DNA of 64,000 bases, taken from positions 16,451 to 80,450 of IMG/VR virus record IMGVR_UViG_2643221933_000001; one strand, 5' to 3'. Within the stretch, counting starts at the first letter, position 1, and each line of letters starts with the position of its first letter. Origin of the DNA: a virus. Lineage: Duplodnaviria; Caudoviricetes. Of this stretch, positions 46,433 through 55,970 are shown piece by piece. The position numbers were made by a program, and so were the translations under genes. Below the pieces are notes generated by a model. It made no database searches and was not told where the DNA came from. It saw only the letters and a program-made list of their open reading frames with translations.

Positions 46433-48458
46433 ATATTCGGTGACCTTCCCATCCACCGGCCGCACACTTTCCGAAGCCGTCCTGTTCCAGGGCGGCTTCG
46501 GTGCTATTGTGGGACCGAACGAAAGCGGCAAGTCCATGATCATCGAGATGATCCGGTTCTGCCTGTTCGGTTCCGGCGCCCTGCGAGGCAAGAGCGAAGA
46601 CTACAAGAACCTGAAGGCCAGCTTGTCCTTCACGGTCAAAGGCGGCGACTATCTCGTCGAGCGAACCAGCTCCAAGGCCAAGCTCTCCCGCAACGGCGAG
46701 ATCATCGCAACCGGTGTGACGCCGGTGAACCAGAAGATCCCGACCGAACTCGGGTTCGGCCTCGCTGTCTTCGACATGGCCTGTGCCGCGAACCAGAACC
46801 AGCTCCTGAAGCTCGGTGAGATGAAGCCGAGCGAGCGCCAGCGGGCCGTCGACAGCGTGATCGGCGTGTCCGTCCTCGACGACCTGGCCAAGCTGGCCGG
46901 CGACGAGGCCCTCGCCCTGAAACGTGCAGCCGATGACCTTGCCTCGCATGTCACCGAACCGGTGATGCCCGTCGAGCCGGCCGGCTACCGGATCTCCGCA
47001 GATCTCGAGGACGAGAAGCGGGCGCTGGATCTGCTTCGGTCCAAGGCTGACCAGCTGCGTGGCTGGCTGGCACACGCCAAGACTGCCCCGGTCAAGCCCG
47101 TGCTCACGGTCACAGAGAGCGCCGCTGAGCTCGAGGAGCAGATTGCCGGTGTCCAGGCCCTCCGCGCCCAGCGGCAGGCGCTGGAGAGCGAGCTGGCCCG
47201 TATCCCGGCCGCTGCGAACGTCACGCTCGAGGAGATCGAGGAGGACGAGCGTAAGGCTGCTCTGCACGAGCGGTATCTGGACCGGAAGCGGTTCCTCGCT
47301 CAGCATCCCATGCCGGACCTGACACAGGACCAGGTCAACTCCCTCCGGGTTGCCTGGGAGGCGCACAAGCGCTGGCAGAAGTTCCAGCACCTGACCAAGC
47401 AGCGTGACGATCTGCTGGCCAAGGGCGAGCATACCTGCCCGAGCTGCAGCCATCACTGGCCGATCGCGAGCGATGCTCTCGTCGCAATCGATCAGGAGCT
47501 GGAAGGCTACACCAAGGTGCTGATGCTCGAGGACAAGCCGGCCACTCCGGAAGCCAAGGTCGACGCTCAACAGCGCCTGATCGACCTCTGGGATGAAGCC
47601 GAGTGGGCAAAGCATGTCGACGCGCCGGCCGCGCCGGTCGAGCACCAGTGGACTGTGCAGGATCGCATCCGGCACAGGCATGGTCTCGAGGGCAAGGCTC
47701 GCCGCGCCGAGCTGCAGGCCGAGATCGATGCGATCGTGATCGACACCACGGACTATGCCGGCCGGCTGCGCCAGCGCCAGCAGTACGATGCCCAGATGGC
47801 CAGCTATCAGGACAAGGTCGCTGAATATGAAGCCTGGGTGGTCGAGCGTGACAGCAAGGAGATCGAGCTCGATCTGCTGCAGTCGCAGCTGTCCGGATAC
47901 GACGACGTTGTGAAGGCGCTTAGCCAGGCCTGCCTCTACGAGACGCAGATGCTGTCCTACTCTGTCGCCTTCGGCCGCTACAACGACGGGCTGATCAAGA
48001 TCGCCGGCTATCGCGTGGAGGCCGATGACTGGAACAAGGTGAAGGATGCTCTGAAGATCCTGCGCCTGAAGATCAAGCAGCATCTGGTCCCCAGCCTGAA
48101 CCGCGTTGCCAGCAGCCTGATCACCCACATGACTGGTGGCCAGCGGCAGAGCATCTCTGTTGACGAGGAGTTCAACATTCTCGTGGATGGCCAGGCGATC
48201 GACACCCTGTCTGGTTCCGGCGCCGCGGTCGCCAATCTCGCTTTGCGGATCGGACTCGGTCAGGTGCTGACAAACAATGTCTTCTCGCTCTTCATGGGCG
48301 ATGAGATTGACGCCTCTATGGACAAGAATAGGGCGGCTCAAACGTCCCAGGTACTCTATACTCTCAAAGGACGTATCTCGCAGCTTCTGCTCGTATCACA
48401 TAAGTTCCCTGCAGCCGATTATTATATCGCTGTAGGAGAAAACATTGAACACGCATAA
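46410..48458 (+). CDS. Rad50/SbcC-like SMC ATPase
   Basis: GPNESGKS, coiled coil with CPSC hook, LSGSG, GDEID, SH. Confidence 0.9.
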   Translation: MTMLKQLEYSVTFPSTGRTLSEAVLFQGGFGAIVGPNESGKSMIIEMIRFCLFGSGALRGKSEDYKNLKASLSFTVKGGDYLVERTSSKAKLSRNGEIIATGVTPVNQKIPTELGFGLAVFDMACAANQNQLLKLGEMKPSERQRAVDSVIGVSVLDDLAKLAGDEALALKRAADDLASHVTEPVMPVEPAGYRISADLEDEKRALDLLRSKADQLRGWLAHAKTAPVKPVLTVTESAAELEEQIAGVQALRAQRQALESELARIPAAANVTLEEIEEDERKAALHERYLDRKRFLAQHPMPDLTQDQVNSLRVAWEAHKRWQKFQHLTKQRDDLLAKGEHTCPSCSHHWPIASDALVAIDQELEGYTKVLMLEDKPATPEAKVDAQQRLIDLWDEAEWAKHVDAPAAPVEHQWTVQDRIRHRHGLEGKARRAELQAEIDAIVIDTTDYAGRLRQRQQYDAQMASYQDKVAEYEAWVVERDSKEIELDLLQSQLSGYDDVVKALSQACLYETQMLSYSVAFGRYNDGLIKIAGYRVEADDWNKVKDALKILRLKIKQHLVPSLNRVASSLITHMTGGQRQSISVDEEFNILVDGQAIDTLSGSGAAVANLALRIGLGQVLTNNVFSLFMGDEIDASMDKNRAAQTSQVLYTLKGRISQLLLVSHKFPAADYYIAVGENIEHA

Positions 48459-48858
48459 CTCGCTGATTGAAGAAGAACTCAAGCGCACAGGCGGCAATCT
48501 CTCGCTCGTCGCCCGTGCGCTTGGGGTCAACTACTTCGGCCTCAAGGATCGCCAGCAGCGTCTGGCGACACAGGCTCGCAACATGGGGGTTCACCCCGCC
48601 ACGGGTCCGGAGCCGGATGACATCCGCGTTCTCGGCCGTGAAGGCTTCCAGCACAACGTGATCGCTGTGAAGCGCCAAGGCTCTGCCTGGCCCGCACATT
48701 TCGATGCAGCAATTGCTGACGCCCGCGTCAAGTTCGACGCCGGCACCCACGAAATGTTCCAGACGTCGGATAACGGTTGGGTCGTCCAGTACCTGATCCC
48801 GCGTCTGAAGCCGACCTCGCGTCGGAAGTTCTTCTCCACCCTGGAATACTTCGCATGA
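48445..48858 (+). CDS. Fis-like HTH protein
   Basis: L..TGGNLS..AR.LGV. Confidence 0.6.
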   Translation: MNTHNSLIEEELKRTGGNLSLVARALGVNYFGLKDRQQRLATQARNMGVHPATGPEPDDIRVLGREGFQHNVIAVKRQGSAWPAHFDAAIADARVKFDAGTHEMFQTSDNGWVVQYLIPRLKPTSRRKFFSTLEYFA

Positions 48859-49364
48859 GCACCATCCTGATCAACACAGGGCGGCGCGTCGATCCGTTCA
48901 ACCTCATGGACTACTCGTTCACCGCCGAGGAGCTGCTGAAGCCGCTCGCGAAGCTGTGCCGCTACACCGGCCACACCAGTCGCTTCTACTCGGTCGCAGA
49001 GCACACGGTCCACCTCATCAACGCCGTGCCGATGCACCTGAAGCGCGCCGTCGCCCTGCACGATCTGAACGAGGGTCTGACCAACGATCTGCCCCGGCCG
49101 TTCAAGCAGCGTCTGCCCGACTACGTCGCCTTCGAAAACTCGGTCCAGCAGCACATCTTCCGGCTCTTCGACGAGCCTTGGGAGAACATGGCTGCGATCG
49201 CGGAGTACGACTACCGGATCTGCGCCGACGAAATGGCCCAGCTCTTCGACGAGCCGTACATCCTCCCGGATGCCGAGCCCCTCGGCGTCCACATCATCGG
49301 CTGGGAATGGCAGGTAGCCGAGACCAAGCTGCGCAACTCCTTCAAGTTCCTGGGGCTTCTCTGA
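48855..49364 (+). CDS. HD-domain 5'-deoxynucleotidase (YfbR/YfdR-like)
   Basis: CRYTGH, YSVAEH, LHD..E...D.P.P.K. Confidence 0.85.
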   Translation: MSTILINTGRRVDPFNLMDYSFTAEELLKPLAKLCRYTGHTSRFYSVAEHTVHLINAVPMHLKRAVALHDLNEGLTNDLPRPFKQRLPDYVAFENSVQQHIFRLFDEPWENMAAIAEYDYRICADEMAQLFDEPYILPDAEPLGVHIIGWEWQVAETKLRNSFKFLGLL

Positions 49365-49987
49365 TGACCATGCTTCGTTACAACGCGGGGAAGGCCCCGC
49401 TGTCGCTCATCCCTTCGACCTTCTTCGAAGCCATCTTCAACAGCGCCTACGAGTGCGGCACCACAGCGCCGACCAAGCTGATCTGGCAGGTGGGTGCGGT
49501 CCTCGACTTCGGCGCACAGAAGTATTCCGCACATAACTGGCGGAAGGGCGGAACTTGGTCGTCCGTGCTGAACAGTGCCTTCCGGCACCTCATCGCAATG
49601 GCCAGCGGTAGCCGGGTTGATTTCGAGTCGAACCAGCCTGAAGCAGGTCACCTCGGCTGCAACATCGCGTTCCTGCTCGAGTTCGTCCACACCTCGACCG
49701 GGGTAGACGATCGCTACTCCGTCATGTGGGCGCCTACGCTCAACGCCGACGCTCATCCGAACCTGACCCTGGTGCTCGATGCACTGCTGCGGTTCCGGGA
49801 CGGTGGCAATGTGAACTGCCTGCGTGAAGCAGCATGGGAACTCGCCCGCTGGGTCGAGATCCAGGAAGAGCCCGCGCCAGCCGCCGCTGCACCGCCGCCG
49901 CCGGTGGACTACGTCCCGCTCCCCTTCAAGTTCCCCTCCTTCCCGCACATCCCCGTTGCTGACCTCGCGTCGGCCACCCGTCACTAA
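49364..49987 (+). CDS. DUF5664 dATP/dGTP diphosphohydrolase-like protein
   Basis: GK...SLIP, FGA.KY..HNW.KG, RH, ES......H..CN..FL. Confidence 0.85.
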   Translation: MTMLRYNAGKAPLSLIPSTFFEAIFNSAYECGTTAPTKLIWQVGAVLDFGAQKYSAHNWRKGGTWSSVLNSAFRHLIAMASGSRVDFESNQPEAGHLGCNIAFLLEFVHTSTGVDDRYSVMWAPTLNADAHPNLTLVLDALLRFRDGGNVNCLREAAWELARWVEIQEEPAPAAAAPPPPVDYVPLPFKFPSFPHIPVADLASATRH

Positions 49988-49997
49988 GGACGCCACC

Positions 49998-50534
49998 ATG
50001 GACGCCAAGACCTATCAGGCTCAGTACAGCCGCACCCTCGCAGACGTGTTCTTCCCTGACAACGTCAACCCGCTCTTCCTCGGCCTGCTTCTCGCCGGCC
50101 GCAAGCAGACAGCCGACGTGATCGATGCGGCCAAGCGTGGTCTCTTCTACGGCAACACGAAGAAGCTCGAGGAGCTCGGCCACGCTGGGCAGGCCACCAA
50201 CATCCTCAGCATCGACTACGACGACGAGCCGGCGATCATCCATGCCGTGCTCGGCCTCGAAGGGGAGGTGAGCGAGATCTCGGAAGCCGCCCTCGACGAC
50301 AGCGTGTCGCATGCCGAGCGCCGCGCCCGCGTCGTCGACGAGAGCGGCGACGTGATGTGGTACCTGCATCTACTCTTCGATCAGTTCGATCCGCCGATCA
50401 CCATGGGTGAAGTGCTGGCCGGCAACATCGCCAAGCTGGCCAAGCGGTACCCCGACAAGTTCACCACTGACGCTGCGGTGAACCGGGATCTCACCGCCGA
50501 GGCTCAGGTGTTCAGTGGGAGCACGATCCATTGA
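49998..50534 (+). CDS. MazG-like nucleotide pyrophosphohydrolase
   Basis: GL.GE..E, DE.GDV.WY, NI.KL.KRYP. Confidence 0.85.
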   Translation: MDAKTYQAQYSRTLADVFFPDNVNPLFLGLLLAGRKQTADVIDAAKRGLFYGNTKKLEELGHAGQATNILSIDYDDEPAIIHAVLGLEGEVSEISEAALDDSVSHAERRARVVDESGDVMWYLHLLFDQFDPPITMGEVLAGNIAKLAKRYPDKFTTDAAVNRDLTAEAQVFSGSTIH

Positions 50535-50770
50535 AGATCTGGATGATCCTTTACGTCGGCTTCCACGTCGGCGGGAGCGTCGGGCCTCTGCCATATGACA
50601 TGGCCGAGTGCCAGGACCGGGCGGTCGTGATGAACGAGCAGCTCGCCAAGTCCCGCAAACAGCCGGCAACCCTTGCCAAGATGAAGAAGCTGCAGTCGTC
50701 CGTACCGCTCAAGGATTGGCGTTTTGTTTGCGAGGCTCGCGCCACCCGGCCGAAGCTGAAGAGCCTCTGA
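50531..50770 (+). CDS. Small secreted/membrane hypothetical protein
   Basis: Hydrophobic N-terminus; two Cys. Confidence 0.5.
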   Translation: MKIWMILYVGFHVGGSVGPLPYDMAECQDRAVVMNEQLAKSRKQPATLAKMKKLQSSVPLKDWRFVCEARATRPKLKSL

Positions 50771-50854
50771 TCCAAACTGCAGCAGTGAGCATCAGTCCCG
50801 CCATGGCCTGAGCCGGCGGGGCTCACCACCTAAGACCTCCACAAGGAAATCCCC

Positions 50855-51823
50855 ATGCTTTTCAACGAGCAAGTTGCGCGTAAGCCTAACCTGTACCCTT
50901 GGACCGACGACTTCATCCACGCCATCACCTCCTCGCCGTGGACTGCCAACGAGTTCTCCTTCCAGTCTGACTTCGATCAGTTCAAGACGCAGCTCAACGA
51001 CCAGGAGCGCCAGGTCATCGTCCGTACGCTGTCCGCGATCGGGCAGATCGAGATCGCCGTGAAGGACTTCTGGGCGAACCTGGGCCGGAACCTGCGCCAC
51101 CCGGCGATCAAGGATCTCGGCTACGTCATGGCCTACACCGAGGTCATCCACAACCAGGCCTACGAGCGTCTGCTCGAGGTGCTCGGTCTGGAGTCGGTCT
51201 TCGAGGAGAACCTCAAGGAAGACGTCGTTCGCGCCCGCGTGAACTACCTCCGCAAGCATGCCCAGCGTGTCTATGAGGACGATCGGAAGCAGTACGTCTA
51301 TTCCATCATCCTGTTCACGCTCTTCGTCGAGAACGTGTCGCTGTTCTCGCAGTTCTACACCGTTCTCTGGTTCAATCGCTACCGCAACGTCCTGAAGGAT
51401 ACGGCGCAGCAGGTCCAGTACACGAAGAACGAAGAGACCCTTCACGCCCAGGTCGGCATCAAGATCATCAACACGCTCCGCGAGGAATACCCGGAGCTGT
51501 TCGACGCCGCCCTGATCTCCCGCATCCGGGAAGAGTGCATCGAAGCCTACACGGCCGAAAGCAAGCTCATCGACTGGATGATTGGCGACTTCTCCGACGA
51601 GAAGATCGATGCCGAGATCCTCAAGACCTACGTGGCCAACCGGCTGGAAGACAGCCTCGCCGCCATCGGCATCTCCTCGCCGCTGAACCAGCCTCGCATC
51701 CCGGAGACGCTCTGGATGGATGAGGAGGTGTTCGGCACCAACAAGACCGACTTCTTCCACAAGAACCCCGTCGACTACACTGAGAACGACGTCGCCTACG
51801 ACATCAAGGAACTGTTTGCATGA
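50855..51823 (+). CDS. nrdB: Ribonucleotide reductase class I beta subunit
   Basis: W...E, E..H..AY, EN.SLFSQF, EE.LH, DFF. Confidence 0.92.
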   Translation: MLFNEQVARKPNLYPWTDDFIHAITSSPWTANEFSFQSDFDQFKTQLNDQERQVIVRTLSAIGQIEIAVKDFWANLGRNLRHPAIKDLGYVMAYTEVIHNQAYERLLEVLGLESVFEENLKEDVVRARVNYLRKHAQRVYEDDRKQYVYSIILFTLFVENVSLFSQFYTVLWFNRYRNVLKDTAQQVQYTKNEETLHAQVGIKIINTLREEYPELFDAALISRIREECIEAYTAESKLIDWMIGDFSDEKIDAEILKTYVANRLEDSLAAIGISSPLNQPRIPETLWMDEEVFGTNKTDFFHKNPVDYTENDVAYDIKELFA

Positions 51824-53463
51824 CCAACTGGATCACCGACGACACCCGTAAATTCCTCTCCCGCGGATACCTGGGGGAGGGGCAGTCGGTCGAGGACCGT
51901 GTTGCTGCCGTAGGCCAGCGGGCAGGGGAGATCCTTGGTCGCCCTGACATCGGCCGCAAGATCACCGAGTATCTCCTCAATGGTTGGATGAGCCTCTCGT
52001 CCCCCATCTGGTCGAACTTCGGCCTCGCTCGGGCCTTGCCGATCAGCTGCAACAACGTCTACCTCGACGACACCATGGACAGCATCCTGCTCAAGACGGC
52101 AGAGATCGGTGCCCAGACGAAGTACGGCGCCGGCACGTCGGCCTACTATGGCGCCCTGCGTGGACGGGGTGCTGGCATCTCCGGAGGCGGCTCTAGCTAT
52201 GGTGCCGTCCACTTCATGCAGATGGCAGAGACGACGACGTCCGTGGTGAGCCAGTCGAATGTCCGTCGTGGCTCGGTCGCCGTCTACCTGCCGGCCGATC
52301 ATCCGGACATCATGGAACACCTGACCATCCGGACGAAGGCGAGCCCGCTGCAGAACGTGCAGCCGGCGGTGTGCATCACGGACAAGTTTCTCGATGACGC
52401 CCTGAATGGCAACGACGAGAAGAAGCAGATCACCTTCGCGGAGATCCTGAAGCGCCGTCGCGCCAATGGCCGGCCGTTCATCTTCTTCCATGACAATGCC
52501 AATCGCTTCGCAGCGGACGTCTACCGGGCCCAGAAGCGGACGATCTGGTCGTCCAACCTCTGCACGGAGATCATGCTGCCGGCGACGGCCAAGGAGTCGT
52601 TCGTCTGCAACCTACTCTCCCTAAACGTCATCCACTATGACGACTGGAAGGACACCGACCTGGTGAAGGTGGCGATCTATCTGCTCGATGCGGTCATGTC
52701 CGAATACATCGAGAAGACGAAGGATCTCATGTTCATGGACAGCTCCTATCGCTTCGCCCTGCACCATCGCGCTCTCGGCCTGGGCATCCTTGGCTGGCAC
52801 TCGCTGCTTCAGTCGAAGATGATTGCCTTCGAAAGCCCCGAGGCCGCGGTGCTGAACATCAAGATCTTCAGCCAGATGCAGGCCCAGTCCTACGAAGCTT
52901 CCGAGCAGCTCGGCCGCGAGTATGGCGTTCCTGAGATGCTGCTGAACTTCAAGCGCCGCAACTCCACCACGATGGCGATCGCACCGACGAAGTCGTCCGC
53001 GTTCATCCTCGGGCAGGCGTCGGAAGGCATCGGCCTCGTCGAGAACAACTACTTCGTGCCGGACCTGCAGAAGGGCAAGTTCACCTTCCGCAACCCCTAC
53101 CTCGAGAAGGTGCTCGGCCAGAAGAACAAGGACACGGCTGACGTCTGGCGCTCGATCCTGCTCAAGGGTGGTTCGGTCCAGCACCTGGACGTGCTGTCGG
53201 ATCACGAGAAGAAGGTCTTCCGCACGGCCAGCGAAGTCTCTCAGGACGTCGTCATCGAGCAGGCGGCAGCTCGTCAGCGCTTCATCGATCAGGGTCAGTC
53301 GCTGAACCTGAAGATGCCGCCGAACGTGACACCGAAGGAGCAGATGCGGCTGACGCTCAAGGCCCACAAGATGGGTCTGAAGAGCCTCTACTATCAGGAG
53401 TCCACGAACCCGAGCCAGGCTCTGGCCCGTGAGAACGAAGCCTGCGCCGCCTGTGAAGCATGA
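51820..53463 (+). CDS. nrdA: Ribonucleotide reductase class I alpha subunit (short form)
   Basis: ISC, R.G..A.Y, SNLCTEI, CNL.S, APT.S, DQGQS.N, KSLYY, C-terminal CAACE. Confidence 0.92.
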   Translation: MTNWITDDTRKFLSRGYLGEGQSVEDRVAAVGQRAGEILGRPDIGRKITEYLLNGWMSLSSPIWSNFGLARALPISCNNVYLDDTMDSILLKTAEIGAQTKYGAGTSAYYGALRGRGAGISGGGSSYGAVHFMQMAETTTSVVSQSNVRRGSVAVYLPADHPDIMEHLTIRTKASPLQNVQPAVCITDKFLDDALNGNDEKKQITFAEILKRRRANGRPFIFFHDNANRFAADVYRAQKRTIWSSNLCTEIMLPATAKESFVCNLLSLNVIHYDDWKDTDLVKVAIYLLDAVMSEYIEKTKDLMFMDSSYRFALHHRALGLGILGWHSLLQSKMIAFESPEAAVLNIKIFSQMQAQSYEASEQLGREYGVPEMLLNFKRRNSTTMAIAPTKSSAFILGQASEGIGLVENNYFVPDLQKGKFTFRNPYLEKVLGQKNKDTADVWRSILLKGGSVQHLDVLSDHEKKVFRTASEVSQDVVIEQAAARQRFIDQGQSLNLKMPPNVTPKEQMRLTLKAHKMGLKSLYYQESTNPSQALARENEACAACEA

Positions 53464-53633
53464 CGGATGTCCGCTTCTACCTGACCACAGTGAACGGGCG
53501 GCTCCAGCTGCCCGTCACTACGGACGAGGAGGCTGTCGCTGAAGCGGCAGACCTCCGGTCCCGTTACCCCGTGAAACAGCTGCGGATCATCAAAGAGACC
53601 CGCGAAACCATCTGGGAGAACAAAGATGGCTAA
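53460..53633 (+). CDS. Small hypothetical protein (57 aa)
   Basis: ATGA coupling; overlaps the GT start; missing from the ORF track. Confidence 0.5.
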   Translation: MTDVRFYLTTVNGRLQLPVTTDEEAVAEAADLRSRYPVKQLRIIKETRETIWENKDG

Positions 53634-54378
53634 ACGCACCAAAGCCGCGCCTTTGAAGAAGGTGCTGGTTGCCACGCCATGCTACAACGGCATGGTCCAC
53701 ATGAGCTACGCCAGCTCGCTGATCAAGATCATGATGCTCGCGCCCGGGAAGGGGTACGAGGTCAACGTCTTCAACAACACGGACTCGCTCATCACCCGGG
53801 CCCGCAACAATGCCGTGTCCGTGTTCCTTGATGGCGACTGGGAGCGCCTGTTCTGGATCGACAGCGACATCGGCTTCGAGCCCGACCAGTTCTTCCGCGT
53901 CTTGGAAGCTGACCGCGAGATCGCCGCCGGCGTCTATCCGCTGAAGACGCTCTATTACCCGACGCAGGAGACGAAGCTGGCTGGGGCCGACCTCGCAGTC
54001 TCCATGCTGCGGTATGCCCTGAACCTCGAGCAGGATCTCGTCAGCATTCCCGACGACGGCTTTGCGCAGGTGAAGGATGCCGCGACCGGCTTCATGTGCA
54101 TCAAGCGGTCCACGCTGTTGAAGATGGTCGATGCCTACCCGGAGCTGAAATACGTCTCCGATCAGGAACAGCTCGGCGCCCCGGCGAGCTCCAACCACTA
54201 CCTGCTGTTCGACACCATGGTGGAGAACGGCCGCTATCTGTCGGAGGACTACGCCTTCTGCCGGCGGGCGCAGCGCTTGGGTATTACGATCTGGGTGGAT
54301 CTTCGGAGCGAGCTCACTCATACCGGTCCCTTCGAGTTCCGCGGCTCGATCCCGCGGACCTCCCAGGTGAACTCCTGA
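53626..54378 (+). CDS. GT-A fold glycosyltransferase
   Basis: ATPCY, SLI.RARN, IDSDI (DxD), TGFM.I.R, LSEDY.FC.R, L.H.G. Confidence 0.85.
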   Translation: MAKRTKAAPLKKVLVATPCYNGMVHMSYASSLIKIMMLAPGKGYEVNVFNNTDSLITRARNNAVSVFLDGDWERLFWIDSDIGFEPDQFFRVLEADREIAAGVYPLKTLYYPTQETKLAGADLAVSMLRYALNLEQDLVSIPDDGFAQVKDAATGFMCIKRSTLLKMVDAYPELKYVSDQEQLGAPASSNHYLLFDTMVENGRYLSEDYAFCRRAQRLGITIWVDLRSELTHTGPFEFRGSIPRTSQVNS

Positions 54379-54387
54379 CCACAGATC

Positions 54388-54409
54388 AGCCCCCGCTCAG
54401 GGGGCTTTT
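54388..54409 (+). terminator. Intrinsic terminator
   Basis: AGCCCC-CGCTCAG-GGGGCTTTT. Confidence 0.65.
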
Positions 54410-54889
54410 CATTGAGCGGGGGGCGCGTGAACTCGATTGACGGCGGGATCACAGAGATCCTGAACGTCTTCGCGTCAGTGCAAAAGATGAAAATGAGGGC
54501 GAGCGCAGCAGATGCCAGAAAGGGATAAACCACTTTCAAGATAGCAACCGAGCGACCGCCATTGGACTTATCCATGGCAATCTCCGTTCCGGACACAACT
54601 GTCCGAGCTAAGTTGAAAGCGCCATCCGATCCCTCTGCCTCTTTGCTGCTCAAAACCGTGGGGCCGGCACCACTGAGCTGCTAATTGGACAGGCGCCCCG
54701 TCTGAGAGGGCTAGGGATAGTTCAACACTTCAGTTCACATGACACCGTGCCGGTCAGAAATCATTTAGCAAGTGGTGTCAGGTCGGGTAGATCCAGAGGT
54801 TCTTATGCTGATCGGATCTGAGCGTTAAGATCGTTCGCCTTTTCGAAAAATGCAATAGGGTTAATCGGAAATTTTCTTTGAGCTAAAGT

Positions 54890-54915
54890 AAAGGGCCCCT
54901 ATAGGGGCCCTTTTT
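54890..54915. terminator. Perfect-palindrome terminator after the lysis genes
   Basis: AAAGGGCCCCTATAGGGGCCCTTT. Confidence 0.7.
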
Positions 54916-55081
54916 ATTTCGCTGTCTTGCGGTTGGCGTAGTACCACCAGACGAATGTCCCCACGGACAGAACCCCGCTGATGGCCGCTTGGAACTGGGC
55001 GCTGTTGGCGACGGCGTCACCGAGAAGTACGCCGGCTGCGATCTGCAGGCAGATGCGGGCCAGCTGGTGAAATTCAGACAT
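54914..55081 (-). CDS. Putative holin (2 TM)
   Basis: 55 aa, two hydrophobic helices, basic C-terminus, downstream of the endolysin. Confidence 0.6.
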   Translation of the reverse strand: MSEFHQLARICLQIAAGVLLGDAVANSAQFQAAISGVLSVGTFVWWYYANRKTAK

Positions 55082-55970
55082 TACGAACTCCTGTGAGCTT
55101 GAGAGCGAGTGAGGCCAACCAGGCCCAAATCGATGTGGTGGGGGCGAGTGAGATTGCGGTCGTCCCGACAAGCTCGTCCGTGATGACGCTGGGCGTGGCC
55201 GGGATCTTGTTGACCAGGACGATGCTGGGTACGGCGGGGCCGGTGGTGATGGTGTTGGCCGTGATCTTCTCGACCTGGATGTCATCGGCGGTGATTTCGG
55301 ACGTCTCGACGACGCGGAAGCCAGCGGCCGTGAGGGCCTTGTGGAAGCCGCGGTGGTAGCCCGAGATTTTCATGTCGGTACCGTCCTTGCCGTTCACGAT
55401 CCGACGCGGATGCTGATCCGGAGCTGCGTCCAGAGCTGCAGGGAACTTGTAGTCGCTCAGCTTCTTGCCCGTGAACAGGCCATGGGCCATGCCGACGACG
55501 GCGATGTCTGCGCCGACCTTTGTGTCCAGAGCGAGCTCCGGGTGCTCCCGCAGCGGGACGCCGAGTGCCGTGCCCATCTTCAGGTAGTTGCTCCAGTGCG
55601 TGATCTGGATCGGGCCGCGGCCGAAGCCGCCATCGCGCCAGTAGGGGGTCTTGACCCACGGAAGCTGGCCGGCGGCGAAGGCCTTGTCCAGGCGCTGGAT
55701 CACGGTGGAGTCGGCCGGCCGCTTGTTGGTGTGCGACGGCATGACGGTCTCTTTGATCCCGAGCATGTAGGTGCCGGTCTCGTGGTAGACGTGAGCGAGG
55801 ATCTGGGCGATGTGGTTGATGTCGAAGACACCGTTCCGGTCGGCCGAGTCCATAATGGCTTCGACGCCCTCAACCTGGGACTGAGCGAGCCGGCGATTGA
55901 AGACGCCGGAATCGTCTTTGCGAACGGCCGCGAAGAGCGCGGGACGGTCGATGATGAGACGCTTGACCAT
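55074..55970 (-). CDS. Endolysin, GH19-like glycoside hydrolase
   Basis: LA.V.HETG, I.E, GRG.IQIT...NY, RRIVNG.D. Confidence 0.85.
   Translation of the reverse strand: MVKRLIIDRPALFAAVRKDDSGVFNRRLAQSQVEGVEAIMDSADRNGVFDINHIAQILAHVYHETGTYMLGIKETVMPSHTNKRPADSTVIQRLDKAFAAGQLPWVKTPYWRDGGFGRGPIQITHWSNYLKMGTALGVPLREHPELALDTKVGADIAVVGMAHGLFTGKKLSDYKFPAALDAAPDQHPRRIVNGKDGTDMKISGYHRGFHKALTAAGFRVVETSEITADDIQVEKITANTITTGPAVPSIVLVNKIPATPSVITDELVGTTAISLAPTTSIWAWLASLALKLTGVRNV

Noticed and set aside
48855-50534. dZ (2-aminoadenine) or 7-deazaguanine pathway
   Set aside because: No PurZ, FolE/QueCDE or DpdA recognised; these hydrolases also occur in unmodified phages
54890-54915. Perfect 24-bp palindrome as a protelomerase target
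   Set aside because: GC-rich, lies at a gene end with A/T flanks, and no protelomerase is seen; a terminator is simpler
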